From the NCBI GenBank assembly GCA_938074335.1, contig CALJEL010000016.1:1-57073 (forward strand): a stretch of DNA of 57,073 nucleotides. Reading direction: 5' to 3'. A program made the translations under genes and the position numbers. Origin of the DNA: an uncultured bacterium (GTDB lineage Bacteria; Nitrospirota; Thermodesulfovibrionia; Thermodesulfovibrionales; CALJEL01). The notes below the pieces were generated by a model. That model was given only the letters and a program-made list of their open reading frames with translations, ran no database searches and was not told where the DNA came from. The stretch's first letter is position 1; each line of letters opens with the position of its first letter. Shown here in pieces: positions 1-10,070 of this stretch.

Positions 1-18
1 CTCTGTTGCTCTACTGCT

Positions 19-146
19 CTATTAAGGTGTCGCAGGCGGGGTCCCCAGAAAATCGTCAGATTTTCTGGGGTGCTGATATTGCCTTTAGAGCACGGGGTGA
101 AGACAAGCTTCACCCCGTGAACCCCAAAATATCGGCATCCCCCGCC
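19..146 (+). repeat. Dispersed ~130-bp two-hairpin element, copy 1
   Basis: Hairpins CCCCAGAAAATC-gtca-GATTTTCTGGGG (43-70) and CACGGGGTGAAG-acaag-CTTCACCCCGTG (91-119); near-identical inverted copies at ~10914-11060 and ~23242-23389. Confidence 0.9.
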
Positions 147-161
147 ATTCCTATCGGCAGT

Positions 162-431
162 TTAGGGAGTTGTTTTATGATTCTTATATTGAATCCTGAA
201 ATATATCCCTGTATCGATGGCCACCATCATGGCATTTATCACATAGATGAATATAACAGGGTCATAGTTATACAGAAGCTTGTGAATTATACCTGAAATA
301 TAACCTGCAAGGACAATTAATAAAAATACAGGGCTTTTCCCGGAGACATTTCTGCTCTTTATTGCCCTGTGTATTGAAAAGGGCCAGGCAGCACCAAAAC
401 AGAGCAACATTATGATCTCAAAGGGGCTCAT
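162..431 (-). CDS. Small PQ-loop/SemiSWEET-like membrane protein
   Basis: 89 aa, about three hydrophobic helices, CFGAAWPFSI...GKS pattern. Confidence 0.6.
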   Translation of the reverse strand: MSPFEIIMLLCFGAAWPFSIHRAIKSRNVSGKSPVFLLIVLAGYISGIIHKLLYNYDPVIFIYVINAMMVAIDTGIYFRIQYKNHKTTP

Positions 432-443
432 GTAAGGGAGGAC

Positions 444-740
444 TTAAATTTTATTCTTAAGAAACATTATACCGGCAATATATATCCCTTCTTCCCTTAA
501 TACCCATTTTACCATTGCCTGGTATTTCTGACCCTTGAGCTCAAACCTCAGGATATTGCCAACCTCAAGTGGTATGCTGGTTTTTATGCAGAGGCCTCCT
601 TCAGAGTAGTTTACGATCTCTGCCTTTGAAGAGACATCAACCTTTTTGCCAAGCTCTACCCTGGAAAGGGAAAAGGGAAGCTCTCCGCTTGTGGGTATCC
701 GCTCATCTTTTCTTGTATGCCAGCCACCAGCAACCATCAT
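444..740 (-). CDS. PilZ domain protein
   Basis: RKDER (RxxxR) and NYSEGG (D/NxSxxG) motifs; start overlaps rnfB stop (ATGA). Confidence 0.75.
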   Translation of the reverse strand: MMVAGGWHTRKDERIPTSGELPFSLSRVELGKKVDVSSKAEIVNYSEGGLCIKTSIPLEVGNILRFELKGQKYQAMVKWVLREEGIYIAGIMFLKNKI

Positions 741-1876
741 GCACCCACAGCCTGCTTCATCTTCTTTTCTGCTGCAAGCCTGAAGACCTCAGCTGCATTG
801 AATGTCCCATCAATTGCCTGGACAGGACATTTTGCTGTACAGATCCCGCAACCAATACATCTTGATGGATCAATGGTATGTTTTTTCTTCAATTCACCAG
901 TGGCAGCATTTACAGGACAGACCTTCATGCATATCTGGCAGCCAATGCAGTTGTCAAGGACAAAGGCCTTCGGTCTCTGTGGTATGTAGTCCTTGATTGC
1001 CTTTGTGGGGCATTTTGTTACACAGAGCCCGCAGACCTTACATTTATCAAGATTTATCCTTGAAAGATTATCTTTAACCTCGGGTGCATCAAAGGGACAT
1101 ACCTTAACACATATTCCACAGGCTATGCATCCAACCTCACAGTTCTTTTTTGTATCAGGGCCTTTATCCTTTGAATGACAGGCAACAAGCACCTGTTTTG
1201 ATGCAGGCAGGACCTCAATTACCTTCTTAGGACAGGCCTGTTCACATTTTCTGCAGCCCGTGCATTTTCTTATATCCACATAGGGGAGATGGTCCTCTGT
1301 CATGGTTATTGCACCAAAAGGGCATACCCTTGCACAGGTCCCATATCCAAGACAGCCGTAGATGCATGACTTATCCCCTCCACCTGCAAGCACCGCTGCC
1401 CTGCAATCCTTAACACCCTCATATTTAAACCTCTTCTGAGACCTTGACCATCCACCCTGACACATTATCCGTGCATAGATTGGTTCCCTTACCTCTGCCT
1501 TTTTTCCTGTTATAAGGGCAACCATCTCAGCAGACCTCTTTCCCCCAGGGGTGCAGAGATTCGGCGGGACATTCGGATCCCTTACAACCGCCTCTGCATA
1601 CTGCTCGCATCCAGCATAACCGCAGGCACCGCAATGGGCATGGGCGAGATACTCCTTTACCATTTCAACCTTTGGATCTATCTTTACAGAAAACCTCTTT
1701 GCTGCAAAGGCAAGGCCAAGCCCGAATATTGTGCCGATGCCCGTAACAAAAAGGGCAGTGAACTTAAGGGTTGAGCTTATATCAACATGCTCCTTTGCCT
1801 CAATACCACCACCAACACCAGCATGGGCAAGTGAGGCATAAAGAAGCATAAGAATTAGAAATAATATTTTTTTCAT
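737..1876 (-). CDS. rnfB: Rnf complex subunit B (polyferredoxin)
   Basis: N-terminal TM segment, CGACGYAGC cluster motif, six ferredoxin-type Cys motifs; rnf context. Confidence 0.92.
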   Translation of the reverse strand: MKKILFLILMLLYASLAHAGVGGGIEAKEHVDISSTLKFTALFVTGIGTIFGLGLAFAAKRFSVKIDPKVEMVKEYLAHAHCGACGYAGCEQYAEAVVRDPNVPPNLCTPGGKRSAEMVALITGKKAEVREPIYARIMCQGGWSRSQKRFKYEGVKDCRAAVLAGGGDKSCIYGCLGYGTCARVCPFGAITMTEDHLPYVDIRKCTGCRKCEQACPKKVIEVLPASKQVLVACHSKDKGPDTKKNCEVGCIACGICVKVCPFDAPEVKDNLSRINLDKCKVCGLCVTKCPTKAIKDYIPQRPKAFVLDNCIGCQICMKVCPVNAATGELKKKHTIDPSRCIGCGICTAKCPVQAIDGTFNAAEVFRLAAEKKMKQAVGA

Positions 1877-2817
1877 CTTCCCGGGACCTCCTCTTTGTTG
1901 AGTTTAACCTTATCAACATAGCTGTATACCTCTATGCCAAGGTCTTTTGCAAGTTCCATGGCATAGCTATCAACCATTGGAGATATAACTATCTTTCTCT
2001 GTACTTTTACATTATGTTTTGTCTCATAAAAGATAACCTTTTTATTAAAGGCATGCATATCAGCCTTGCTCATAGAGGACTTTATCTCAGCCAGTATGAG
2101 GGTATTATTATAAATAATCAAATCAAGCTCTACCTGGTCAGGTCTTCCAAAGACTATACCATCAGGATCAAAATCATGGTATCTTTCCACCTTTACACCA
2201 AAGGTATCCTGAAGTATTGCCCTGAGGCCATTTCTGAAGGACTCCTCTGTGCTTAAACCCCATCTGGCTCCAAGGGCTCCTATTGTCTGGTCAAACTTGC
2301 TGTCAAGCCTCTTTGATTCAGCCTCCTGCCTTTCTCTCAGCAATCTTATTTCCTCAAGCATCTGATTTATAACTTTCTGATTTTCTTCCCATCTCTGGTT
2401 CCATTCCCTCTCAAGACTTTCAAGTCGCCTCTGGTTCTCCTCCCATCTCCTCTCATTCTCCTCCCATCTTTTCTGGTTCTCCTCCCATCTCTGAGCCCAT
2501 TCCTTCTCAAGCCTCTCGAGATGCCTCTGGTTCTCTTGCCATCTCCTCTCGTTCTCCTCCCATCTTTTCTGGTTTTCCTGCCATCTCCTCTCGTTCTCCT
2601 CCCATTTTTTTACCTCTTTTTGCCACCTCAGGTCATTTTCTTCAAGTCTTTTTATGATCCTGTCAAATCTATCTTCCGTCTTTCCTTTCTCAGCATACCA
2701 TTTGCTTGTAAGTTCAAAAATAAAATTTCTTATCCGTAGATCACTTTTAATAAGACGGGGTAATTCTTTGACAATAAGCCCTTTTATCTCCTTTTTTGTT
2801 AAGGTAGCCTTTGGCAT
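1873..2817 (-). CDS. Coiled-coil PD-(D/E)XK nuclease-family protein (DUF3782-like)
   Basis: WEENQKR heptad repeats, then ALGARWG..EESFR and ELDLII..AEIKS nuclease-type motif. Confidence 0.8.
   Translation of the reverse strand: MPKATLTKKEIKGLIVKELPRLIKSDLRIRNFIFELTSKWYAEKGKTEDRFDRIIKRLEENDLRWQKEVKKWEENERRWQENQKRWEENERRWQENQRHLERLEKEWAQRWEENQKRWEENERRWEENQRRLESLEREWNQRWEENQKVINQMLEEIRLLRERQEAESKRLDSKFDQTIGALGARWGLSTEESFRNGLRAILQDTFGVKVERYHDFDPDGIVFGRPDQVELDLIIYNNTLILAEIKSSMSKADMHAFNKKVIFYETKHNVKVQRKIVISPMVDSYAMELAKDLGIEVYSYVDKVKLNKEEVPGR
2376..2605 (-). repeat. In-frame 21-bp tandem repeats encoding W(E/Q)EN(Q/E)(K/R)R heptads
   Basis: Repeated ccatctcctctcgttctcctc / ccatctttttctggttctcctc-like units. 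Confidence 0.85.
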
Positions 2818-2844
2818 ATTTTATTATAACACCACTTCAGTGTT

Positions 2845-3438
2845 TTAAAGTGTTATCAATCCTGAAAATCCTGTAAAGGCAAGGGCAATGAGTCCTGTTG
2901 TAACAAAGGCGATGGGTAAGCCCTTAAAAGGTGCAGGCACATCAGCAAGCTCAAGCTTCTCCCTGATGCTTGCCATTATAACGAGTGCAAGGGAAAAGCC
3001 CACTCCAGAGCCAATACCAAAGGCAAGGCTCTCTATGAAGGTGTATTTCTCTCCTGCATTAATAAGGGGGACAGCAAGGATGATACAGTTCGTCGATATA
3101 AGGGCAAGGTAGATTCCGAGCTTGTAGTAAAGGCCAGGAGAGACCTTTCTCATTATTGTATCAGAGGCCTGAACAAAGGCTGCTACAACTCCTATAAATA
3201 TAACTATCTTCAGGAATGTTATGTCCAGTGGTATCATTACATAATTATATATAAGCCAGCTCAGGGCTGCGCTTATGACCATAACAGAGGTGAATGTGAT
3301 GCTCATACCAACAGCAGTCTCCATCTTCTTTGATACGCCAAAGAATATACAGAGACCAAGGAATCTCGTAAAGACAAAGTTATTTATAAGGGATGCCGCT
3401 ATAAAAAGTTCAAAGAGTTTTGTAAATTCCTTTTCCAT
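2845..3438 (-). CDS. rnfA: Rnf complex subunit A
   Basis: NNFVFTRFLGLC, LALISTNC, SIREKL motifs. Confidence 0.95.
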   Translation of the reverse strand: MEKEFTKLFELFIAASLINNFVFTRFLGLCIFFGVSKKMETAVGMSITFTSVMVISAALSWLIYNYVMIPLDITFLKIVIFIGVVAAFVQASDTIMRKVSPGLYYKLGIYLALISTNCIILAVPLINAGEKYTFIESLAFGIGSGVGFSLALVIMASIREKLELADVPAPFKGLPIAFVTTGLIALAFTGFSGLITL

Positions 3439-3448
3439 TTAATCCTCC

Positions 3449-4093
3449 TTAGTGATGTGAAGAGGCCCTTTTAAGGTACCTTGCATCAATCCAGTTAAAG
3501 AATGCCATAAGGATACCAACCGCAAGGAATCCACCAGCTGGCAGTATCATGATAAGCAGTGGCTTTGTATTTACTATCTGGAGGCCCCACAATGAACCCC
3601 TTCCAAGGAGTTCCCTGAAAAAGCTTATGACAGTAAGGGCAAAGAGAAAGCCAAGACCCATGCCTATTCCATCAAACATGGATGGAGCTATCTTGTTTTT
3701 ACTTGCAAACATCTCCGCCCTTGCAAGTATTGATGCAAAGGCCACTATAAGCTGTATATAAAGACCCATCTGTTTATAGGCCTCTCTTGCAAAGGCTGCC
3801 ATGGTCATGTCTGTAACAGATACCCACCCTGAGATTATAAGCATAAAGATTGGAAGCCTTATCCTTGGATGGATAAATCTCCTGAAGGCTGCAACAGTGA
3901 TATTCACCATTGTCTGGACAAAGAGCACCGCTATACCCATCAGAAAACCATTTCTCAGGCTGTTTGTAACAGCAATGGCAGGGCACAGGCTTATGGCAAG
4001 CTTGAATATGGTGTTTTCAGAGACTATACCATTTATAATAAGGTCTCTATAACGAATCTTTTCCTGAGGAAGTTTTATAACCTCTTCACTCAT
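3449..4093 (-). CDS. rnfE: Rnf complex subunit E
   Basis: LCPAIAVT, RIRLP, ILARAE, RELLG, ILPAGGF motifs. Confidence 0.93.
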   Translation of the reverse strand: MSEEVIKLPQEKIRYRDLIINGIVSENTIFKLAISLCPAIAVTNSLRNGFLMGIAVLFVQTMVNITVAAFRRFIHPRIRLPIFMLIISGWVSVTDMTMAAFAREAYKQMGLYIQLIVAFASILARAEMFASKNKIAPSMFDGIGMGLGFLFALTVISFFRELLGRGSLWGLQIVNTKPLLIMILPAGGFLAVGILMAFFNWIDARYLKRASSHH

Positions 4094-4670
4094 GGCTACC
4101 TCCTTCTTTATTACCTGATAGGGTACCCTTTAAAAACTCAAGCGCCTTTTTCACTCCATCCTCTGTAACAGCCCTGCTGGATATGGTAACACCTGTGATT
4201 GCCTGTATATATTCAGTTGTCTCGGTCTTTACAAGTTTTACATGTTCAGGGTCTTTGCCCTTAAACTGATCTTTAAAGGACTCCTTCTCTATCTCATCAC
4301 CAAGCCCTGGTGTCTCTGCATGGGAGAGTATCTCTATCTTTTCTATCCTCAGGTCCTTATCAGTTGCCACAAGGATATTTATATAGCTTGAATAACCCTT
4401 TCCAAAGGTCTGTATGATGTAACCTGCGGTTTCACCTGATTTCTTAACAGCATAGTATTCAGCATGTTTTTCATGGGGATACCAGTCACCGAGCTTTTCA
4501 ATGGCCTCTGCCTCGGGTGCCATCTTTTTGAGGGCTTCCTGTTTCTCTTGCTCATTCTTCTGGTATATAACAGGAGAGGTCCTTGCATACACAGCAGCAA
4601 GGATAGTGGCACCTATTATATAGATAACAACAAGATTGATCGTGATCTTAATAATATCCTTTGGAGTCAT
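4086..4670 (-). CDS. rnfG: Rnf complex subunit G
   Basis: N-terminal anchor, HAETPGLG, AITGVTISS FMN-attachment-like motif. Confidence 0.93.
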   Translation of the reverse strand: MTPKDIIKITINLVVIYIIGATILAAVYARTSPVIYQKNEQEKQEALKKMAPEAEAIEKLGDWYPHEKHAEYYAVKKSGETAGYIIQTFGKGYSSYINILVATDKDLRIEKIEILSHAETPGLGDEIEKESFKDQFKGKDPEHVKLVKTETTEYIQAITGVTISSRAVTEDGVKKALEFLKGTLSGNKEGGSHE

Positions 4671-5665
4671 TTCTTCTGCCCCTTTCTTGCACCAAAAACC
4701 CTTGTCTTGAAGGCCCTGTCAAGAAGTGGTGCAAAACAGTTCATTATTAGTATTGCAAACATAACACCCTCTGGATAACCTCCCTTTAATCTTATAAGCA
4801 TTGTAAGAAAACCACAACCTATACCAAATATAATCTGAGCCTTCCTGACCATTGGAGATGTAACATAATCTGTAGCCATAAAGAATGCCCCAATCATCAT
4901 TCCACCACTCATAAGGTGAATAAGGGGATCACCTGTAAAGAGAACGCCTTTGCCTCCAAAGACCCATGCTATGACTGCACTTGTCCCGAGAAAACTCAAA
5001 GGTATATGCCATGTTATATATCCCCTCCAGAGGAGGAACAATCCACCAATAAGGATGGCGATCACAGAGGTCTCACCAAGTGAGCCTGCCCTCTGGCCTG
5101 TAAAGAGATGGATATAAAGATTCGCCTTATCACCGAAGAGCTCAAGGAGCCTTCCTATGCCCTCTTCTTTAAGGATCATTAAAGGGGTTGCGGTTGTCTT
5201 TGCATCCACTGTAAATCCAGAGGGTTCAAGCCATGTGGTCATTATCCTTGGCCATGTCAGAAGCAAAAAGGCCCTGCCAATAAGGGCTGGATTAAAGATA
5301 TTGTAGCCAAGTCCACCAAAAAGGTGTTTCGTAATAACTATTGCAACAAAGGAGCCAATAACTGGAAGATAAAAAGGAACTCCTGATGGAAGATTCATTC
5401 CAAGGAGCAACCCTGTGAGAAAGGCACTTCCATCGGAAATGGTCACAGGTCTTTTAGTGAATTTTTCAAAGGCCCACTCAAAAAATACTGCACTCATGAC
5501 AGAAAGGCTGAGGACATAAAGTGCCCTTATTCCGAAGAAATATATTGCCATCACCGTTGCTGGCAACAATGCCAGATTCACTGTCCACATTATCCTTGAG
5601 ACAGACTCTTCAGTCCTTACATGTGGGCTTACAGATACTATTAATTTTTCTTTTATGGCCTCCAT
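4667..5665 (-). CDS. rnfD: Rnf complex subunit D
   Basis: SPH, FGGLGYNIFNPAL, TTATPL, FFMATDYVTSP motifs; start set at ATG 5665 behind a GAGG SD. Confidence 0.95.
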   Translation of the reverse strand: MEAIKEKLIVSVSPHVRTEESVSRIMWTVNLALLPATVMAIYFFGIRALYVLSLSVMSAVFFEWAFEKFTKRPVTISDGSAFLTGLLLGMNLPSGVPFYLPVIGSFVAIVITKHLFGGLGYNIFNPALIGRAFLLLTWPRIMTTWLEPSGFTVDAKTTATPLMILKEEGIGRLLELFGDKANLYIHLFTGQRAGSLGETSVIAILIGGLFLLWRGYITWHIPLSFLGTSAVIAWVFGGKGVLFTGDPLIHLMSGGMMIGAFFMATDYVTSPMVRKAQIIFGIGCGFLTMLIRLKGGYPEGVMFAILIMNCFAPLLDRAFKTRVFGARKGQKK

Positions 5666-5672
5666 GCTCACC

Positions 5673-6980
5673 TCACGGTTTAACCAGGGATTTTCCAAGT
5701 CTTATAAACTGGACAATGGGTCTTTTTGAAGGACATACAAAGGCACAGGTTCCGCACTCAAAACAATCAAAGAGATTGTATTCCTTCATCTCCTCATAAA
5801 AGCCCTTCTCTCCAAGAACGCTGAGCATACTTGGCATAAGCCCCATCGGACAGGCATCTACACACCTGCCGCATCTTATGCAGGGCTTAAAGTCCTCGGT
5901 ATGGATAACCTCTGAATCACTCATCACAAGAATTCCAGAGGTTCCCTTTGTAACAGGGACATCTAATCCTGAAAGGGCAAATCCCATCATCGGGCCACCT
6001 GCCACCAATTTACCTATGCCATTTTTGAAACCACCACAAAATTCTATGAGATGGGATACAGGTGTTCCGATCTTTACCATGAGATTTTTAGGGTTTTTTA
6101 TACCCTCACCTGTCACGGTGACCACCCTTTCGATTAAAGGCTTGCCATATCTTACAGCCTCAAATATAGCAAAGGCAGTCCCTATATTCTGCACAACAAC
6201 ACCCACATCCATTGGAAGACCCCTTGGAGGGACCTCACGACCTGTTGTTGCCTTTATGAGCATCTTTTCAGCACCCTGAGGATACTTCACCTTGAGTGCC
6301 CAGACCTCGATCCCTTCAATCCCCCTTACCGCCTCCTTCATCTTCTCTATCGCATCGGGCTTATTGGCCTCAATGCCGATTATACCCCTTTTTACTCCGA
6401 GAATCTTCATAAGGATCTTTAGGCCCTCCACCACCTCAGAGGTCTTCTCTATCATAAGCCTGTAATCAGCAGTGAGATAGGGTTCGCATTCTGCACCATT
6501 AAGTATTACTATATCTATGGGTTTTTCCTTTGGAGGGGAGAGCTTCACATGGGTTGGAAAGGCTGCCCCGCCAAGACCAACTATACCAGCTTCCTTTATC
6601 TTATTCTTGAGCTCTTCAGGAGATAGATTCATGTAATCAGGGTTATCCTTAAGGTTTGTCCATTCATTCTGCTTATCATTCTCTATGACAATTGCCTGTG
6701 AAAATCTTCCGGTCGGTAACTGCACATTCTCTATACCTGTAACCTTCCCCGAGACAGAGGAATGCACTGCTGCTGATACAAAACCCTCTGGTGTCCCTAT
6801 GAGTTGACCTTTTTTGACTGTATCTCCCACATTTACAGCAGGTTTGCAGGGAGCACCTGTGTGCTGGCTGAGAGGGATAATAACCTTTTCAGGTTCTGAT
6901 AAAACCTCTATTGGTGAATCCTTCGAAAGTTCCTTTTTCTCGGGTGGATGTGTCCCGCCCTTGAAGGTTGCAAGAGCCAT
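5673..6980 (-). CDS. rnfC: Rnf complex subunit C
   Basis: GLGGAAFPT, NGAECEPY, KYPQGAE motifs and two 4Fe-4S motifs. Confidence 0.96.
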   Translation of the reverse strand: MALATFKGGTHPPEKKELSKDSPIEVLSEPEKVIIPLSQHTGAPCKPAVNVGDTVKKGQLIGTPEGFVSAAVHSSVSGKVTGIENVQLPTGRFSQAIVIENDKQNEWTNLKDNPDYMNLSPEELKNKIKEAGIVGLGGAAFPTHVKLSPPKEKPIDIVILNGAECEPYLTADYRLMIEKTSEVVEGLKILMKILGVKRGIIGIEANKPDAIEKMKEAVRGIEGIEVWALKVKYPQGAEKMLIKATTGREVPPRGLPMDVGVVVQNIGTAFAIFEAVRYGKPLIERVVTVTGEGIKNPKNLMVKIGTPVSHLIEFCGGFKNGIGKLVAGGPMMGFALSGLDVPVTKGTSGILVMSDSEVIHTEDFKPCIRCGRCVDACPMGLMPSMLSVLGEKGFYEEMKEYNLFDCFECGTCAFVCPSKRPIVQFIRLGKSLVKP

Positions 6981-7134
6981 CTTTACATCCTCCTTAATTT
7001 ATAAAAAAGAGCCTATAAGTAATAGCACTAACAGGTCTTTTCTGTCAAGGTAAAGAAGGTAATAGATATATTAAAAATTTTAATTCCCTCACTGGGTTAT
7101 AATAATAAAATTATTCTTTCAGGAAAGGAGCCCT

Positions 7135-8130
7135 ATGAAACTACTCATAACAGGTGGTGCAGGATTCATAGGAAGTGAGGTTGTAAGAAGGGCGATTAAG
7201 AATGGATTCCATGTAGCCGTTGTGGACAACCTATCCTATGCAGGTGACCTCGAGAGGATTAGCGGGGTGAAAGAAAAGATTATATTTTATCGTGTTGACA
7301 TCTCTCAGAGAGATGCCCTTCATAGTGTCTTTAAAAAAGAGACACCTGAAATAGTCATTCACCTGGCAGCAGAAAGTCATGTGGACAGAAGCATTATTGA
7401 ACCTCAGGCATTCCTTCATACAAATGTGATGGGCACCTTCAATCTCCTGGAGCTCTCAAAGGAATTCAGGATAAAGAGATTTATCAATGTCTCCACTGAT
7501 GAGGTCTATGGTGAACTGGGTGAGGAAGGATATTTTACAGAGGAGAGCCCACTCAGACCCAGTTCACCCTACTCAGCAAGCAAGGCATCTCAGGATATGC
7601 TCGGCAGGGCTTACTGGAGGACCTATGGTCTGGCTGTAATAACAGTCAGGCCCTCCAATAATTACGGACCCTGGCAGTATCCAGAAAAACTTATCCCGGT
7701 GGTTATAGCAAAGGCCCTGAATAATGAAAGGATTCCCGTCTATGGAGATGGTAGAAATATGAGAGAATGGCTCTATGTGGAAGACTGTGCAGAGGCAATC
7801 CTCATGATAACAGAGAAAGGAAAGCCTGGTGATATATACAATATTGGAAGCAATGAGGAGAGAAGGAATATAGATGTGGTGAGGGAGATCCTGAGGATTA
7901 TTAATAAACCAGAAGACCTTATTGAATTTGTAAAGGACAGGCCAGGGCATGACTTCAGATACTGCATGAGTATAGAAAAGATTAAAAAAGAAATAGGCTG
8001 GTCACCAAAAACAGGATTTAAAGAAGGGATTGAAAGGACAGTAAGATGGTATATGGCAAACATGGAATGGCTTAACGCTAAAATAAACACACTCAGACAA
8101 TACTGGCAAAGGGTATATAAAAAAGATTAA
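7135..8130 (+). CDS. rmlB: dTDP-glucose 4,6-dehydratase
   Basis: GGAGFIG, HLAAESHVDRS, STDEVYG, YSASK, DRPGHD motifs. Confidence 0.95.
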   Translation: MKLLITGGAGFIGSEVVRRAIKNGFHVAVVDNLSYAGDLERISGVKEKIIFYRVDISQRDALHSVFKKETPEIVIHLAAESHVDRSIIEPQAFLHTNVMGTFNLLELSKEFRIKRFINVSTDEVYGELGEEGYFTEESPLRPSSPYSASKASQDMLGRAYWRTYGLAVITVRPSNNYGPWQYPEKLIPVVIAKALNNERIPVYGDGRNMREWLYVEDCAEAILMITEKGKPGDIYNIGSNEERRNIDVVREILRIINKPEDLIEFVKDRPGHDFRYCMSIEKIKKEIGWSPKTGFKEGIERTVRWYMANMEWLNAKINTLRQYWQRVYKKD

Positions 8131-8133
8131 GCA

Positions 8134-8967
8134 ATGCTCAGATATCTCATAACAGGAAAGGATGGACAGCTTGCCACAGAGTTTCTTAAAAGGTTTGAAG
8201 GAGAGGCTGCAGGATTCTCCCATAAGGATCTTGACATAGGTAACCTGGACCAGGTCCTGGAATGCCTCCAGGGTCTCAAACCACAGATAATTATCAATTG
8301 TGCTGCCTACAACTATGTGGACCTGGCAGAGTCAAGATATTATGATGCCATAAGGACAAATACCATAGGGGTGAGGAATCTTGCCTATGGAGCAAAGAAG
8401 ATCGGAGCCCTTCTTGTGCATTTCAGCACGGATTATGTCTTTGATGGTACAAAAAGGATACCCTATACAGAAGAGGATGAACCCAATCCATTGAGTCTTT
8501 ATGGTAAGAGTAAATATATGGGTGAATTATCTATAAAAGAGGAGCTTCTAAATTATCTCATATTCAGGGTAAGCTGGGTCTTTGGTGAGGGAAGACAGAA
8601 TTTTATATATAAACTCCTTACATGGGCAAAGGATAAAGAGCGTCTTCAGATCGCCTTTGATGAAGTCTCATGCCCCACCTCAACAACTACCATTGTTGAG
8701 ATAACACTCAGGGCATTAAAAGAAAGACTGACAGGCCTTTATCATCTTACAAACAGCGGCTATGCCTCAAGATATGAATGGGCAGTCTTTATCCTGAAAA
8801 GCCTCGGGATAAAAAAGGAGGTTACACCTGTATCATCAGCAATCTTTAACCTGCCTGCAAAAAGGCCAGATTTTTCTGCCATGAGTAACAAGAGGATATC
8901 AGGACTCCTTGAGCTCTCAATCCCCACATGGCAGGAGGCAACCCTTGAAAGATTAAAGAGGCTTTAA
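8134..8967 (+). CDS. rmlD: dTDP-4-dehydrorhamnose reductase
   Basis: GxxGQL, NCAAY, STDYVFDG, YGKSK motifs. Confidence 0.93.
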   Translation: MLRYLITGKDGQLATEFLKRFEGEAAGFSHKDLDIGNLDQVLECLQGLKPQIIINCAAYNYVDLAESRYYDAIRTNTIGVRNLAYGAKKIGALLVHFSTDYVFDGTKRIPYTEEDEPNPLSLYGKSKYMGELSIKEELLNYLIFRVSWVFGEGRQNFIYKLLTWAKDKERLQIAFDEVSCPTSTTTIVEITLRALKERLTGLYHLTNSGYASRYEWAVFILKSLGIKKEVTPVSSAIFNLPAKRPDFSAMSNKRISGLLELSIPTWQEATLERLKRL

Positions 8968-8974
8968 CAGCATC

Positions 8975-10069
8975 TCAGGCCTTTCTGTATTTCATTGCCT
9001 TCAAGACTCTTTCTTTAGCAATTGCCTCTCCTGCCCTTCTTGGAGATACCTTCTCCTCATAGGATTTCTTAAGGATGAGCTCCGTATTCTTTTTTATCTT
9101 AGTCTCAATTGACCTGAAGGCCTCATCAGCGGTCCTTCTTGCATATTCCATGGCAGCCATAATAACTCCACCAGCATTGGCGATAAAATCAGGAACCACC
9201 ATGATCCCCCTTTTATAAAGAACCTCCTCTGCCTTCTCACTAACAGGTATATTGGCACCCTCAAGAACTATCCTTGCCTTTACTGAATCCACATTCTTTT
9301 CATTTATAACATCAGCAGTGGCAGCAGGAATAAGGATATCGCAGCTAAGAGCGAAGATATCCTGAGAGGAAAGCCTCTCCCCATCAGGATAATCTATCAC
9401 AGAGCCCCTTTCATCTTTTATTCTTAAAAGTCTCTCAATATCAAGTCCATGAGGAGAATAGATCGTTCCCTTTGAATCTGCAACAGCCACAACCTCTGCA
9501 CCCCTCTGAAACAAGAATCTTGCTGCAGCCCTTCCAACACTTCCAAAACCCTGAATCGCTATCTTTGATCCTTTAAGATTTATTCCTGCATAGTGGCAGG
9601 CAATCTCTCCTGCTATTGAGAGCCCGAAGCCTGTGGCACCCAGTCTGTCCAGTGGTAGCCCTCCTATCTCCTCTGGAAGGCCTACTGCCCTTGCTGTTTC
9701 ATCGTATATCCATGCCATTGATTCTTCATTGCTACCCATATCAGGCCCTGGTATATAGTCATCCAATCTTTTTATTGCCCTTGCAAAGGCCCTGAAATAT
9801 TCTTCAATATGGGGTGATTTCGGCTCTGCGATGATACCAGCCTTTCCACCTCCATGGGCAAGACCTGCAATGGAGTTTTTAAATGTCATTGTCCTTGCAA
9901 GCCTTATAACCTCCTCTCTGGTAACACCAGGTGATACCCTCACACCACCAATGGAAGGACCAAGGGCAGTACTGTCAATAACCACTATAGCCCTCAGGTT
10001 TAATCTTGGAAAATAAAGCTCCTCAATCCTCTCAGGACCTATCTCATCAAAGAACATCTTACTCCCCAT
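8975..10069 (-). CDS. Glu/Leu/Phe/Val dehydrogenase
   Basis: GGVR, GGGKAG, PGPDMG, ATGFG, QGFGSVG, EGAN, PDFIANAGGV motifs. Confidence 0.9.
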   Translation of the reverse strand: MGSKMFFDEIGPERIEELYFPRLNLRAIVVIDSTALGPSIGGVRVSPGVTREEVIRLARTMTFKNSIAGLAHGGGKAGIIAEPKSPHIEEYFRAFARAIKRLDDYIPGPDMGSNEESMAWIYDETARAVGLPEEIGGLPLDRLGATGFGLSIAGEIACHYAGINLKGSKIAIQGFGSVGRAAARFLFQRGAEVVAVADSKGTIYSPHGLDIERLLRIKDERGSVIDYPDGERLSSQDIFALSCDILIPAATADVINEKNVDSVKARIVLEGANIPVSEKAEEVLYKRGIMVVPDFIANAGGVIMAAMEYARRTADEAFRSIETKIKKNTELILKKSYEEKVSPRRAGEAIAKERVLKAMKYRKA

Positions 10070-10070
10070 G

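Noticed and set aside
6-296. 96-aa ORF
   Set aside because: Read-through of the repeat element and antisense to the PQ-loop gene
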